The position numbers were made by a program, and so were the translations under genes. Below are positions 24,370-37,989 of a DNA stretch of 64,000 nt, piece after piece. Location of the stretch: the NCBI RefSeq assembly GCF_030028105.1, contig NC_092386.1, forward strand, positions 35,828,347 through 35,892,346, in the 5' to 3' direction. Source of the DNA: Mobula birostris (taxonomy: Eukaryota). How positions within the stretch are numbered: position 1 is the first letter of the stretch; every line of letters starts with the position of its first letter. The notes beneath the pieces were generated by a model. The model was not told the DNA's origin, searched no databases, and saw only the letters and a program-made list of their open reading frames with translations.

Positions 24370-26009
24370 CAGTGCCTATAAAAAGTATTCACCTCCCCCC
24401 TCCCCAGAAGTTTTCATGTTTTATTATTTTACAGCATTGAATCACAGTAAATTTAATTTGGCTTATTTGACATTGATCAACAGGGAAAAAAAACTCTTTC
24501 GTGTCAAAGTGAAAACAAATTTCTACAAAGTAAACTAAATTACTTACAACTATAAAAAATCAAAATAATTGATTGCACAAGTATTCACCCCTTTCAAGTC
24601 AGTATTTAATAGAAGCACCTTCAGCAGTAATTACAGCCTTGAGTCTGTGTGGATAGGTCTCTATCAGCTTTGCACATCTGAACACTGCAATTTTTCCCCA
24701 TTCTTCTTTACAAAACTGCACAAGCTTTTCAGATTGCATGGGGATTGTGAGTGAACAGCTCTTTTCAAGTCCAGCCACAAATTCTCAATTAGATTGAGGT
24801 CTGGACTCTGACTTGGCCACCCCAGGACATTAACTTTGTTGTTTTTAAGCCATTCCTGTATAGCTTTGGCTTTATGTTTGGAGTCATTATCTTGCTGGAA
24901 AACAAATCTTCTCCCATGTTGCAGTTCTCTTGCAGACTGCAAATGATTTTCCACCAAGATTTTCCTGTATTTTGCTGTATTCATTTTACACTCTACCTTC
25001 ACAAGCCTTCCAGGATCTGCTACAGTGAAGCATCCCCACAGCATGATGCAATCAGCACATGCTTCAGGGATGGTGTGTTTTTGATGATGTGTGGTGTTTA
25101 GCTTATGCAAAACATAATGTTTAGTCTGATGGCCAAAAAGCTCAATATTGGTTTCACCAGACCATAGAACCTTCTTCCAGCTGACTTCAGAGTCTGTCAC
25201 ATGTCTTCTAGCAAACGCCAGCTGAGATTTCATATGATATTTTTTCAACAGTGGCTTTCTCTTTGCCACTCTCTCTTAATGCTATGACTGGTGAAGCACC
25301 CTTATAAACAGTCTCTCCCATCTCAGCCACTGAAGCTTGTATCTTCTCTAGAGTTATCATAGGTTTTTTGCTGGCCTCCTTCCCTGGTCCCCTTCTTGCA
25401 TAGTCACTCAGTTTTTAGAAGACAGCCTGCTTTAGGCAGATTTACAGCTGTGCCATATTCTTTCCATTTTTTGATGATTATCTTAATTGTGCCCGACGCC
25501 GGCCTCCTAGGCCTGAGTCGACATAGTGGTAGTTAACTGTACTCCAAGGGATATTCAGTGAATTGGAAATTTTCTTGGATCCATCTCCTGACTTGTGGTT
25601 TTCAATAACATTTTCGCAGAGTTGATTGGAGTGTTCTTTTGTCTTCATGGTGTAGATTTTGCCAGGATATTGTCTCACCGGCAGTTGGACCTTCCAGATA
25701 CAGGTGTATTTTTACTACAATCAATTGAAATAGATCTGCATTTAACTAATTATGTGACTTCTAAAACCAATTGTTTGCACCAGTGATGATTTGGTGTGTC
25801 ATATTAAAGGGTGGGGGTGATACTTATGCAATCAATTACTTTGTGTTTTGTATTTGTCATTAATTTAGACTTCACTTTGACACATAAAAGTCTTTTACTG
25901 TTGATCAGTGTCAAAATAAAACAAGGTAAACCCACTGTGTTTGAATGTTGCAAAACAATAGAACATGAATACTTACAAGGGAGGGGGTGAATACTTTTTA
26001 TCTACACTG
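24370..26009 (-). mobile_element. Full-length Tc1 transposon with IR/DR-type long TIRs
   Basis: TA TSD at 24368-24369 and 26010-26011. TIRs cagtgcctataaaaagtattcacc / ggtgaatactttttatctacactg. Inner repeats near 24572-24592 and 25812-25832. Confidence 0.95.
24664..25648 (-). pseudogene. Tc1 DD34E transposase pseudogene
   Basis: MKTKEHS...KKISNSLNIPWSTV; KRKPLL; VLWSGETNIELFG; FQQDNDSKH; WPSQSPDLNLIENLW. First catalytic D changed to G, plus indels. Confidence 0.92.
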
Positions 26010-29000
26010 TACAACATATCAAGGGGAAAAATAATGCCATGACTGATTACCTCTCACACCCAGCAATGAGGCCATTCACAACAGGGGTTGGCTATGCTGG
26101 CACAGCAGTCGACCAAGATACAGACCCAGAGGTCCGAGCTTATCAAACAGCAGTCACAGGCCTGCGGATTGCTGACATTGAGTTTGGGAGAACTGGGATT
26201 TCTCTCCTTTGCGATGTCTTAACTGGTCTCCGTTGCTCCATAGTGCCCACAAACTGGAGGTGGGCTGTTTTCTACTCCATACATTGCCTCTCACATCTGG
26301 GCCAGAAGGCTTCACATAAACTGGTTGCACTAAAGCTTATGTGGCACGGCCTTAGAAAGGACTTGCATGATTGGACTGTAGCCTGTGTGGAGTGCCAGCT
26401 GGCAAAAATTAACTGTCATATTCAGGAAGCATTGGGATCTTTTGAGGTCCCTGAGCGATGGTTTGGCCATGTCAATATGGGCCGTGTTGTTCACCCTCCC
26501 CCTCTCCCACAGTTTCACACACCTAATTACCATTGTAGACCATGCCACCAAGTGGCCAGAGCTCATCGATCTAGCATTGACGACAGCCGCAGACATTGCT
26601 CGTGCATTCATCAGAATGAATGGGTTACTCATTTTGGCACTTCACCTGATGTTTCCCCTGACTGCAATCTCCAATTCACATCAGACCTCTGGGCTGCAAT
26701 GGCCCGGAACCTCGGTGTTAGGCTACATCACACCATAGCGTATCATCTGCAGTCCAATGGCCTATGCGAGCAGTTTAACTGCTCCTTAAAGGCTGCTCTG
26801 AGGGCTTCCCTGACCAATAAGTTTTGGCAAGATCGTCTCCCATTGGTACTGCTGGGCCTTAGAACATCTCCAAAAGAGGACTTGTAGTATCCATGGCTGA
26901 ATTGGTATGGGGCAGCCATTACGAGTGCCAGGTGATTTTATTCATGACACCACGATTGCCTGATTGGCCTCTCAAAAGCATTCCACCCTCCTCAGTAAAT
27001 TCAATTCCTTTGCACCTACTCCTACCTCCCATCATGGCATACAGCACTCTTGGGTTCCTGTCAACCCACATTCAGCCACGTTCCTTTTAGTCCACCATCC
27101 CCTGAGGCCTCTTAAGCCCCCTTATGATGACTGTGTTTGAATGTTGTGGAATGGAGAGAAAAGACTTTTATCAGAGATAGAAGGGGTAAACCTGAATGTA
27201 TTTCAGTAGATTGCCTTAAACCGGCCCACCAAGACTTGGAGGATTCCAGTACCAGTCCCTGCCACCACAGCATGACCATGAGTGTTTTAACGCTCCTCTG
27301 GATGAACCCTGAGGCGCTTGCTGTTCCTCTACCTATGGAACATAGGGCCTGTGCCACGTGGCTCGTTTGAGCTCTCGACAGGCTCACAATGCAGGTTTTA
27401 GTGAATTCTGCTGGGTTCTTGGTGGAAGCATACAGAATTCACAACCACTGACATTGGGTTGGGGTTTCATTTTAAGAGGCTGGGCTGACATGATGAAGTA
27501 ATTACATAAAGGACTTTTACTGCATTTTATGTTCTGTTTTTGGTGTTCAATGTATAAGCAGCTATAGTTTTTCTTAAAGATAAAGTGCCTCCGCCATTTT
27601 ATTTGTGAAAATCTATAATACAAATGACACAAATTGTGATAGGCTTCAAAAGGGCAAAGTATCTCTGTAGGAATAATTAAAGGTGACAGAGAATTGACAG
27701 AAATAATATAAGGTAAATCCCAAAGTGAATTAAGCTCAGGTTCTCATTTCAATCAGGGCCTCCTGTGCAGTGCCCAGTTAATCTTCAATGATGTTAAGGA
27801 ATTTCTGCTCCGGTAAGTCTCACATATTTTTCTATTCATTATTATATAAGTTATTTTAAGTTGTTAAGGGCTTACTCCTGCTAAATATCGCTACATTGTA
27901 ATAACTATAGTTAATTATAGTCAACAAATTAAAACGTGGCCTTAATATAGAATAGTCATGAAGCTGAGCAAGTAAATTTAAAAATTAACATTAATTTGTT
28001 AAGACTCCAGAAAGTTATGAATAATCTCAAGGGCAAAATCTAAATATAATGTGAAGGAAATGGAATCTTGATCCTGGTGTGATTTCATGAACAATATCAA
28101 GTAAACTTATTAAACATACGCACTGGTTCCACTAAAGGTAACTGGTATTCCAAGTAACATTATGTAAAGACAAAATGCTTCCAGTTACTGAAAAAGGATC
28201 ATTGTAATAGAACGGCAGCAAAAGAAGATTGTAAACTGACAGAACTGACACAGTTACACACTTAGATGATTAAAGAACTTTAATTTGGTGGTACAATAGC
28301 TTTGAAATAAGTTAGTCTTTACATGCTATAATAATATGGTTATATTATCTAATGTGACATATTATATTTAAATTCAAATGAAATTCTGTGACAGACATCT
28401 CATGGGGAATGCTTAAGAGTAAAGTTGAAATGGAGGCCTATATGTTCACCAGCTGTAACTCTGGGCATGACTTCTAAATCGTTTTCTGCTACACAATATA
28501 AACACGTTTTTAATGGAACTTGGAGATTCCTTTTGAAGTCATTCTGATTTTCGTCCTAAAATAAGGGAGTAATTGATAACCTCTGGGTTTTAACAAAATA
28601 AACGTTTGAAAGAGCATGAAAGAATGTTCAGCAAGCCCTATAGGGGAATTTGGTACAAATATAACATGGCACTGAAGTCAAATCATTTCCAAATGATGTT
28701 GTTGTGATGGAATTGACTTCTAGCTCAATGAATGAAGAATATTTCTTTGGTATATATCTTTGCAAATGATAGTACCGCTCTACAGAGTGTTGTTTTAATT
28801 GGTCAGATTATAAATGAAGTGTATGCTATCACTGTCTTCCCTATAACTCTTAACTCTAGCAAGTTTAAAGGTCATGAGCTTGAGATGAACAGATCCTTTT
28901 GCATCATGCCATTCCAAAATCTGATCAAAAATCTCTCTTACATGATTATTTGCTTATTTCACTAGAAGTAATACTGTTCCTTTTGTAGATTTGTTGAAAC

Positions 29001-31594
29001 TATCCATCCCTATTGCTTCTACATTAAGCAATCTCTCACCTGCTTCTCACTCTGAATCAAGGCCTCCAGATTACAGAACTGTGGCACACGTTATGTGTTA
29101 ATGAATTTACTTCGATTCTGCTCACTTCTCATTTTACCCTTCATATTTAGTTTAACCCTTCTCCACAGAACAAAAGACTTTTCAAATTCAGAACAAGACA
29201 AATTCAGTCAACTGGTTATGGGTAAGTTTCAACCTGGTACTGAAAGCAACCTTCCGAGCCTGGAAGAGTGCATTGGAAGGTCAAAATACTGTGTAACATA
29301 GGTTATGTCAATTATTTTAATTAATGTGAGTATCTGAGTAAGCATGATGTGGAACAATTTAAGACAACTTTGTGTACATTCTGAGCAAAGAAATCTGCAA
29401 TCTAGAATTGCATAATGTTTTAATCTAGCAATTGAAATAGAATTGTTAACAAATTTAGAAAAGGTTACACTGTTTCCTATTTGAGGCCTGTTTATACTGT
29501 ATATGTTTAGCTAATGAATACATTGCGTGCAAGGTACAATTCACCTAAACTAAGCAAAAAAGATGCAAGATTAGTGCGTCCAAATATTCATTTATATTTT
29601 GTGAAATCATAACTGGTTTAACCTGTCACTCGCCATTAGATGTTGAACTTGATTAGGAATCAAGAAGCTGCAACAGATTTCTGTGCCGAAGACAACATGC
29701 TGCAGAGTTATTGCTTATTATCATCCCAGCAGTAGTGGTGCAACAATGACACAAAGAGCTAAATACAGAGCTTTTCATAAGTGGAGAGGATTATCTACTG
29801 GGTACAGAGTACAATGTATGAAATTGCTTTATTCCCAGCACTGCGGAGTCTCCTAGGGGGAACAGAATGCCTTCAGCCTATTAACAAGCATCTGAGCATC
29901 ACCTCCTGTCGGATGGGGTTATTGGCTAAACACCAGGTGACCAATTAAATGTTATAATTTAGGCACAAACCACACAGTGAGGAGCCTGCTTTTGACAATA
30001 CTGTAATGGGAGAAAGGGAAAATTTTGTTAAAATATTATTTATTTTCTCTCCAGAGAGCACATGTAATTATTGTAGAATAAGCCCTTGCATATGTAAAGT
30101 CTTGTCCAAAACTCACACAGGCAAATGGGTGTACCATTAATTTTGTGTTAAACTGTTTACAAATCTAGATGATTTTTCCAGCACACACAACTGCAATTTC
30201 ATGCATTATTTTGAATATTATTGAATAAGCCTGATAATAATATTTCATTCAGCATATTGTACATTGTTCATTACTGAATATAAGCAGAGGTTAGAGACAT
30301 CAATGAAACACAAGATATATTTCAGTTTTTGCTTATGAAACTGAATTATACTGACAATGCATTTATTAGCTTTCCTGAAAAGGTTTTCCAGGAATTTTGG
30401 AGTTACAAAAGGATAAAGTAAGCAATTTCAAGATATAGTCCCAGTAGCCATGAAAAAATGGAGAGTTTTAGCCATGTAACAATAGTTTGTGGCTTTTACG
30501 TAATAGGATTTTATGAGATTCTTTGTATGAGATTTAAAAAAACTAAATCTAGCCATGGGTAATCCAAAACCAGATTGGAAATTGAAATACGTTTATGTTT
30601 GACAGCTAATTGCACCAACTATGTGTGGTTCCAACAGTCACATACACGCCCTGAGTACAGGAAAAAAATATTAAATCCAATAATCTAAGGGACTATGTGT
30701 TCCAGTATACAGGTATGTACAAAGTGTGCAGGTACAGGATCTCTATTTCAGTACCCATAAATGTCAGCAACGTTAAAAATGGCAGCGTTATTCATGTGTA
30801 CTCAACCGCTGTGGGGGAATTTGATTCAATCGAAGATCATTCACCCTACCTCAGTCAGAGATCGAAAAACCTGGTGCAGAAGCACAGTACTACTGTTGGC
30901 CCTCTGGCTCTCCTTTTCCAATCAGTGGTACTGTTGCTGTTTGCCTCCCACATTAAACACAAGTATACGATGATTGGGAAGGCAATACGCAACCAACCTG
31001 GACCAAAGGCAGATCAAATCTTTGTCCTGGAAAGTCACCTTCAAAAACACTGCAATCTGTTGAAGGTATGGTCACAGCTTTGTTATGTATGTAACTCCAG
31101 TATTTTGATCCAAGATCTCTATCTTTGGTTCCAGTGATTGATAAGTTGGTGACAAATATAACAAGTGAATGAAAGCCTTTTAATCACTTACTATTATATT
31201 TGTCACAGACTTACTCCCCTTCCAATTGAGCAACCCATTAAAAAAGGGTGTCTTTATTTTCACTAAAAACAGCACTTTCCCAATAAAATTGAATATAATT
31301 ACCAATCTTTTTACAACTTGATGGGGTTTGGCAGTCACTGTGAAGGCTGATATTTATTGTTCATCCCTAATTAGCCTTGAACCATACAGCATAAGGGGCT
31401 ATTCTGGACAGAAGGCAAGCATGTTCCTGTGGCTGTCTTTACAAAACAAGCACATTGTTTTATTTCCATGGATATTTATTACAGTTCAGTACTATTGATA
31501 TATTTCCAATTCAGATTATTTAAATAACAATATCTAAATCCCCAGCTGACTTTTGGAATTTGAATGCTGGTTTAGCCTGTGGTAAATTGGAAAA

Positions 31595-31740
31595 TCAGTT
31601 TACTATTGTCACATGTACTGAAGTGCACTGGAAAATCCTTGTTTTAAATGCCATCCATACAGATCATTTCAAAACAAAGGTGCATTGAGGTAATATAAGA
31701 GAAAATAATAACAGAATGCAAAATAACATAACTCTTAGAG
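31595..31740 (-). repeat. Short Rex1/Babar-type 3' tail
   Basis: gtttactattgtcacatgtac is the reverse of gtacatgtgacaataataaac at 43872-43892. Confidence 0.5.
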
Positions 31741-31783
31741 TTAGAGAATTTAGTTTAAAAGGGTAGAATGATATAATAGAAGT

Positions 31784-32283
31784 CATCATCATAGCTTGTC
31801 ACAGCAGCCAGCCAGCCACTCTAGTGTTGTTTGGTTGGTGTTGAGCAGGTCAGTGTCAGCTAAATCAGGTGAGAGCGGGCAGTTGTGCAGAATGTGTTCA
31901 ATGTTCTGCACCCTTTCGCCACACTCACAGGATTGGCTGGTCTTTAAACCCCACTTCACCATATTGTCTCCCGTCCTACAAACTCCCGCTCTCGCTCTGT
32001 CGAGAGTGCACCACTTCCGTCTGTCAAGCAGTGCCCCCACTGGCAACATTTCTGTGCGGTTTTGCACTGTATTGTTTAGTGGGGTTCTGGCTTCTGTTTG
32101 TTGCCAGAGGTCAATCCTGTATGTTTGGGTGGATGTTCCGTGTGGTAGTTCCTCTACTGTAACAAAGAATTTCCTCAATTTTAGGCGGTTGGAAACTGGC
32201 ACATGATGATGTAATGGGTGCCGTGGATCCAAGTTTTGTTTACCTTTCTTAATTTTTGTTGTAGTGTGTCTTCAGATCTCTGA
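31784..32283 (-). mobile_element. 5'-truncated Vingi/Ingi-like (I group) non-LTR retrotransposon
   Basis: Open C-terminus HPLH...RLKLRK...WCTLDRARAGVCRTGDNMVKWG...CECGERVQNIEHILHNCP (CCHC). Stop followed directly by a (tga)n tail. 11-bp TSD ataatagaagt (31773-31783, 32284-32294). Confidence 0.8.
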
Positions 32284-33339
32284 ATAATAGAAGTAAAGGG
32301 TATATGTATATGCTGAGTGCATCTTGTAATGAATCACCGTAATCCAGAGCCATCTTGCGTCATTTGATGGATTTTAAGTTCAGAGGCAATATTGTCAGTG
32401 CATCAAACATGCACCTGGCTGGTACACTGAAATGTACAAAGAGGCATGCATGGATTGTGAGAGCTCAAAATCCACCAAGGGAAATGGATGGATATTGGGT
32501 TAGTAAATAAGACAAATGGAGTAAGGTAGGAATTCCCACATCTGCCAACTGAGAATCCACTCAATTTTTCAGCATGCATTATCTTAAGTTATGAAATACA
32601 CTGCCCAAAGGTGGCTTGTTGGTTGGAAAGATATTCTATGCTGCTGTTTTGCAAGAAGTGAACAACTATGGAGCTGAAGGTGGCATGAGTTTAGAAACCA
32701 CAGGAGGAACGGTGGATAACTTTACGTTTCAATGAAAACACAATATGTTAAATGTGATAAATGTTTCCAAAATTTCTGGTCACTATATATAACACCTGAA
32801 AAAGTGATGGATTATTAGTCCAAGTACCTGGGCTGCTAGTTCAGTGTAGGAAGTAATGACAATGAGAAGTTGAAAGAAAATTTGTTCTGGAGTCAAAGCT
32901 ATTCTAATGTACGTGTATCAGTTGGCGTCCTTTTTGTTTTAAGTACCCAGAAGTATTGACATTTCATTGCTTGAAACACAGACTTGAGGAAGAAGTCAAT
33001 AAAGGCTAGTGGGAAAGGTATTATTCTTACTTTTAGACAATTACTATTTGGATTCAAGGGGTAAATGTGTCCCATCATACTTATTCTCAATTGTATCATT
33101 AATTGTAATAATAATGTAATTATTCCTCTGAGTCGGATGGGGGAAGGGTAAAATTTTTTGTTAAGTCGATTAACTATAGCAAGAAAAGCAACAGGGAAGT
33201 AGAAGACCTCTCCATTGTCTGAATTGTATCTCTTAAAATGGAATAGAGTTGTGGCAGTGAAGGTCGATCACGTCGGTACCAGGATTTTGCTATTTTATCA
33301 ATGACTTTGTCTTCAAGATGATTGCCACAAAAGTTCTAC

Positions 33340-34505
33340 AATGAATGTGATCTCATTGTCTCTTCACAGGGTCTTGGACTACCTGGAAATATTGCTATTT
33401 ATGTCAAGTTACAGCTTGTTGATTACAGATCAGCGTTTAACAAAATCATTCCCACAATTCTGATCAAAAAGCTCCAAAACCTAGGTTTCTGTACTTTCCT
33501 CTGCAAATGGACTCTCGATTTCCTCACTGGAAGACCACAGTCTATGCAGAAATAGTATCTTTTCCTTGCTGACAATCAACACTGGCACACCTTAAGAATG
33601 CATGTTTAGCCCACTGCTCTACTCTTTCTACATTCAAATTCTATCAGTAAATTTGCTGACAGCACAACTATTGTTGACAGAATTAGAATTTCAGATGGTG
33701 ACGAGAAGCCATACAAGAGCAAGATAAATCAGCTGGTTGAGTGGTGTCACAGCAACAGCCTCATACTTCATCCCAATAGGAATTGATTGTGGACTTCAGA
33801 AAGTGTAAGACCCAAGGGCACATACACCAGTCCTCATCGAGGGGTCAGTAGTGGAAAGAGTGTGCAATTTCAAGTTCCTGGATGCCAACATCTCGGAAAA
33901 TCTATCCAGAGCCCAGCATTCCACTGTAGTTACACAAAAAGCTTGACAGAGGCAGTATTTCATTTGGAGTTTGAGGAGATTTGGTGTGTCACCAAAGACA
34001 CTTGCAAATTTCTACAAATGTACTGTGGACAGCATTCTAATTGGCGGCATCACCATCTGGTATGGAGGTGGACACTGCACAAGATTGAAATAAGCTGCAG
34101 GAAGTTGTGAACTCAGTCAGCTCCATCATAAGCACTAGCCTCCACAGCATCCAGGACATCTTCAAGGAGCAATACCTCAAAAAGACAGCGTCCATCATTA
34201 AGGACCCCCATCACCCACGACATGCCCTCCATCAGGAAGGAGATACAGGAGCCTGAAGGCACAGACTCAACAAATCAGGAATAACTTCTTCTCCTCTGCC
34301 ATCAAATTACTGAAGGGACATTGACCCCATTAACACTACCTTGTTACTTTTTTTCTCTTTTTGCAATATTTATTTAAATTAACTTTATACTGTATATACC
34401 TACTGTAAATTACAGTTTTATTATTATGTATTGCAATGTACTGCTGCCACATAACAACTAATTTCATGACACATGCCAGTGATATTAAACCTGATTCTGA
34501 TTCAG
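33340..34505 (+). mobile_element. Decayed Rex1/Babar LINE 3' part
   Basis: VDYRSAFNKIIP, LCKWTLDFLTGRPQ, KFADSTT. Tail attaaacctgattctgattc. Confidence 0.85.
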
Positions 34506-35159
34506 ATTTGTTATAGAGTCAGACAATAATTATTCCATGCTCAATTCCAATTGCAGTTTTTCAGAAAGTAATGCAATCCGTGCTGTAAGCACCATGTTAA
34601 TAAGTCAGATTCGCCCAACATGTATACCAACTAATGACAACCTCCAAGAATAGATTCCAACCACCTGTCCTATGCAGTCAATAACATTACCATCGTGAAT
34701 CCCAATATCATCGACGTTCTTTGTCTTATCAGTGAACTGAAGCTTCACTTTAGCAACTATGCAAAAACTGGCTGCAAAAAGCAGATGAGAGTTTCGATAT
34801 TCTGCAACGATTGACTAACCACATGGCTCCTCCAAGCCTTTACACCATCCTCAGAAATGTGATGGAATACTCTTCGCGGAGTGTAGCTACAATAACATAC
34901 AACAAGTCAGTTGATTAGTTCCTTATCATAGCCATCTACATCCTCCACAAATCTTACAATTATGTTTTGTCAACTTGTTGCAAAACATAACTGATCGTTT
35001 TTGTCTCTTCCCATGACATGATGTTGTGAAATGTTGTCAGTGTGACGAGGGTCCTTGATGAGGATGGTCTGGGCCTTGATTAAGACAGCAGAGTTTGTCA
35101 TTGAAATGTCAGTTAAAATCGATATCTGTACCCAGCTAGAAGCCTGAGAAGTGTTTATT

Positions 35160-36502
35160 CTGAATTGAATTGAACTGACTTTATTTCTTTACATCCTTCA
35201 CTTACATGAGGAGTAAAAATCTTTACATTACATCTCCGTTTAAATGTGTAATGTGCAATCATAGTAATTTATAATAAATAGAACAGTCAATGTAACATAG
35301 AAATACACACAAATCAGCGTGAGTTCATCAGTCTGATGGCCTGGTGGAAGAAACTGTCCTGGAGCCTGCTGGTCCTGGCTTTTATGCTGCAGTACCGTTT
35401 CCCGGATGGTAGCAGCTGGAACAGTTTATAGTTGGGGTGAGTCGGGGCCCCCATGATCCTTCAGGCTTATTCTTCCACACCTGTCTTTGTAAATGTCCTG
35501 AATCATGGGAAGTTCACAACTGCAAATGCGCTGGGCTGTCTGCACCACTCTCTGCAGAATCCTGCAATTGAGGGAAGTACAGTTCCCATACCAGGCAGTG
35601 ATGCAGCCAGTCAGGATGCTCTCAGTTGTGCCTCTGTAGAAAGCTCTTAGGATCTGGGGGATCATACCAAACTTCCTCAACCGTCTGAGGTGAAAGAGGC
35701 TCTGTTGTGCCTTTTTCACCACACAGATTGTGTGCACAGACCATATAAGGTCCTCAGTGATGTGGATGTTGAGGAACTTAAAGCTGTTTATCCTCTCAAC
35801 TCCAAATCGATTGATATCAATAGGGGTTAGCGCATCTCCATTCCTCCTGTAATCCACAACTAGCTCCTTTGTTATTGCAACATTGAGGGAGAGGTTCGTT
35901 CGCTTGAACCCACTCTGTCCAAGAGATGATTTCTTCCCTGTCAGCCACCTCATTATTGTTTCAGATTAGACCAATCAATGTAATGTCATCGGCAATTTTA
36001 ATTAGGAGATTAGAGCTGTGGGTGGCGACACAGTCATGGGTATACAGGGAATAAAGGAGGGGACTTAGTACACAGCCCTGAAGGGCTCCTGGGTTGAGAG
36101 TCAGAGGGGTGGAGGTGAGGAAGCCCACTTTTAACACCTGCCAGCGACCTGACAGGAAGTTTAAGATCCAGCTGCACAAGGCAGGGTCGAGGCCAAGGTA
36201 TCTGAGCTTCCTGTCGAGTCTAGATGGAATAATAAGGTTGAATGCTGAACTGTAGTCCAGGAACAGCATTCTCACATAAGCATCCTTCTTCTCCAGATGT
36301 GTAAGGATAGTATGTAGAGCAGTGGCTATTGCATTAAATGTTGATCGGTTGTGTTGGTAGGTGAATTGTAGGGGGTCCAGTTTGGGTAGTAGCAAGCTGC
36401 AGATGTAGTCCTTGACCAGCCTCTCAAAGCACTTGTTTATTATTGAGGTGAGTGTGACAGGACGCCAGTCGTTGAAGCATGGTACCTTGGTCTTTCTTTG
36501 TT
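35160..36502 (-). mobile_element. Rex1/Babar LINE, 5'-truncated
   Basis: LDPLQFTYQ, YVRMLFLDYSSAFN, GALQGCVLSPLLYSLYTHD, KIADD, KKAQQSLFHLRRLRKF. AATAAA plus (caatt)n tail at 35160-35185. Confidence 0.92.
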
Positions 36503-36859
36503 TACAATCCAGTGTTCTCTGAGGACGGCGTTGCTTGAGAAGTGTGTGAACTGGAGAATCAGAGATACAAAATTACCATCAACTCTGAAAAACCGAGCAG
36601 ATTGAGAAGGGGAAGGTCATTTCTTTGGCAGTTTGAACGGGGCATGACAGCGCAAGCGCATGAAGGTCGGCCTGTGAGACAGCGGGAGAGTTTAAAAAGC
36701 GAGCAGATTAACGGAGCGGGCAACGGAGTAATGGGAATCAGAGTAGGAAGGCTTTGGCTCGAGAGGCTTTGGCAAGCAGAGATTGAGGACGAGCTTGCTC
36801 CCAGTGAGGTAAGGCCGGGTAAGTTCCTTTAATTAATATAATTAACTTAGGAGTAGGTA

Positions 36860-37817
36860 ATGGAGGCAGCAGTTAGGGCAGTCAAGTGCTCCGTATGCAG
36901 TATGTGGGAAGTCAGGGCGAGAAAAATTGTCCGTGATGACTACACTTGTAAAAGGTGCATCTAGCTGCAGCTCCTGACAAACCGAGTTAGGGAACTGGAG
37001 CTGGAGTTGGATGAACTTCTGATCATTCATGAGACAGAGGCAAAAATAGACAGGAGTTCAGGGAGACAGTCACCCCTAAAAGTCAGGAGGCAGGTAGCTG
37101 GGTGACTATCAGGAGAGGGAAGGGGAATAGACAGAATGAGCAGAGCACCCCTGTGGCCATTCCCATCAATAATAAGTACACCATTTTGGATACTGTTGGT
37201 GGGGATGACCTACCAGGGACAAGTTGCTGTGGTCGTGTCTCTGGCACAGAGACTGGACCCTCAGCTCAGAAGGGAGGAAGGGAAAAGAGGAGAGCAGTAG
37301 TGATAGGGGATTCGATGGTTAGGGGGACAGATAAGAGGTTCTGAGGGAAAGATAGAGAATCCCGGATGGTCTGTTGCCTCCCTGGTGCCAGGGTCCGTGA
37401 TATCTCGGATCAAGTTCTCGGTATTCTCAGGAGGGAGGGTGAGCAACCAGATGTCGTGGTCCATGTAGGGACCAATGACGTGGATAAGAAGGAGGAGGAG
37501 CTCCTACAAAGAGAGTTAGGTGCAAAGTTAAAGGACAGGACCTCCAGGGTTGCGATCTCAGGATTGCTACCCGTGCCACGTGCTAGTGAGGCTAGAAATA
37601 GGAAGATAATGCAGCTAAATATGTGGTTAAGGAGTTGGTGCAGGAGGGAGAGCTTCATGTTTCTGGACAATTGGGCCTTGTTCCAGGGAAGGTGGGACCT
37701 GTTCCTACGGGACGGGGCGGGGGGACGGGTTGCACCTGAACTGGAGGGGGGACTAACATCCTTGCGGGAAGGTTTGCTAGTGCTGCTCCGGTGGGGGGGG
37801 GGGGGGGTTTAAACTAG
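36860..37817 (+). pseudogene. CR1 ORF1: zinc finger, coiled coil and SGNH/GDSL esterase
   Basis: MEAAVRAVKCSVCSMW...CKRC; LELELDEL; VVIGDSMVRG; CCLPGARV; VVHVGTND; LHLN. Internal stops and frameshifts. Confidence 0.9.
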
Positions 37818-37989
37818 ATTTGCAGCGGGAGAGGGGAACCAGAGTGTTAGAGCAGAACGTGAGGTGGAGGAGGATAAATGTCATGTGAGAACTGCAAGTA
37901 TAATGCATGGAGTAAAGCCAGATCTAGCATATAAAGAGGCTTTGAGGAAAGAGGAGCAGAACATAGGGTGTAAAGGTTGTAAGGTAGAA

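Larger units (their letters stand above)
22565..27622 (+). mobile_element. Decayed Ty3/Gypsy LTR retrotransposon (gag end, PR, RT, RNase H, integrase, probable 3' LTR at about 27430-27622), interrupted by Tc1
   Basis: gag KELFMQ*VPDQVRMALAN and LCFFHAHF..ARKCQPP; RT YPVPHIQD, SKVDLIRGYHQ, PFGLFEFLCMPFGL, VYLDDIL; RNase H TDASDYA, ERKYS; integrase H..SH...C..C, QFTS, AYHLQSNGLCE. 5' LTR missing. Confidence 0.9.

Noticed and set aside
30697-31137. 146-aa ORF and possible donor site GAAG/gtatgg as a host exon
   Set aside because: No recognisable protein similarity in any frame, GTG start and no partner exons. RNA-seq would be needed.
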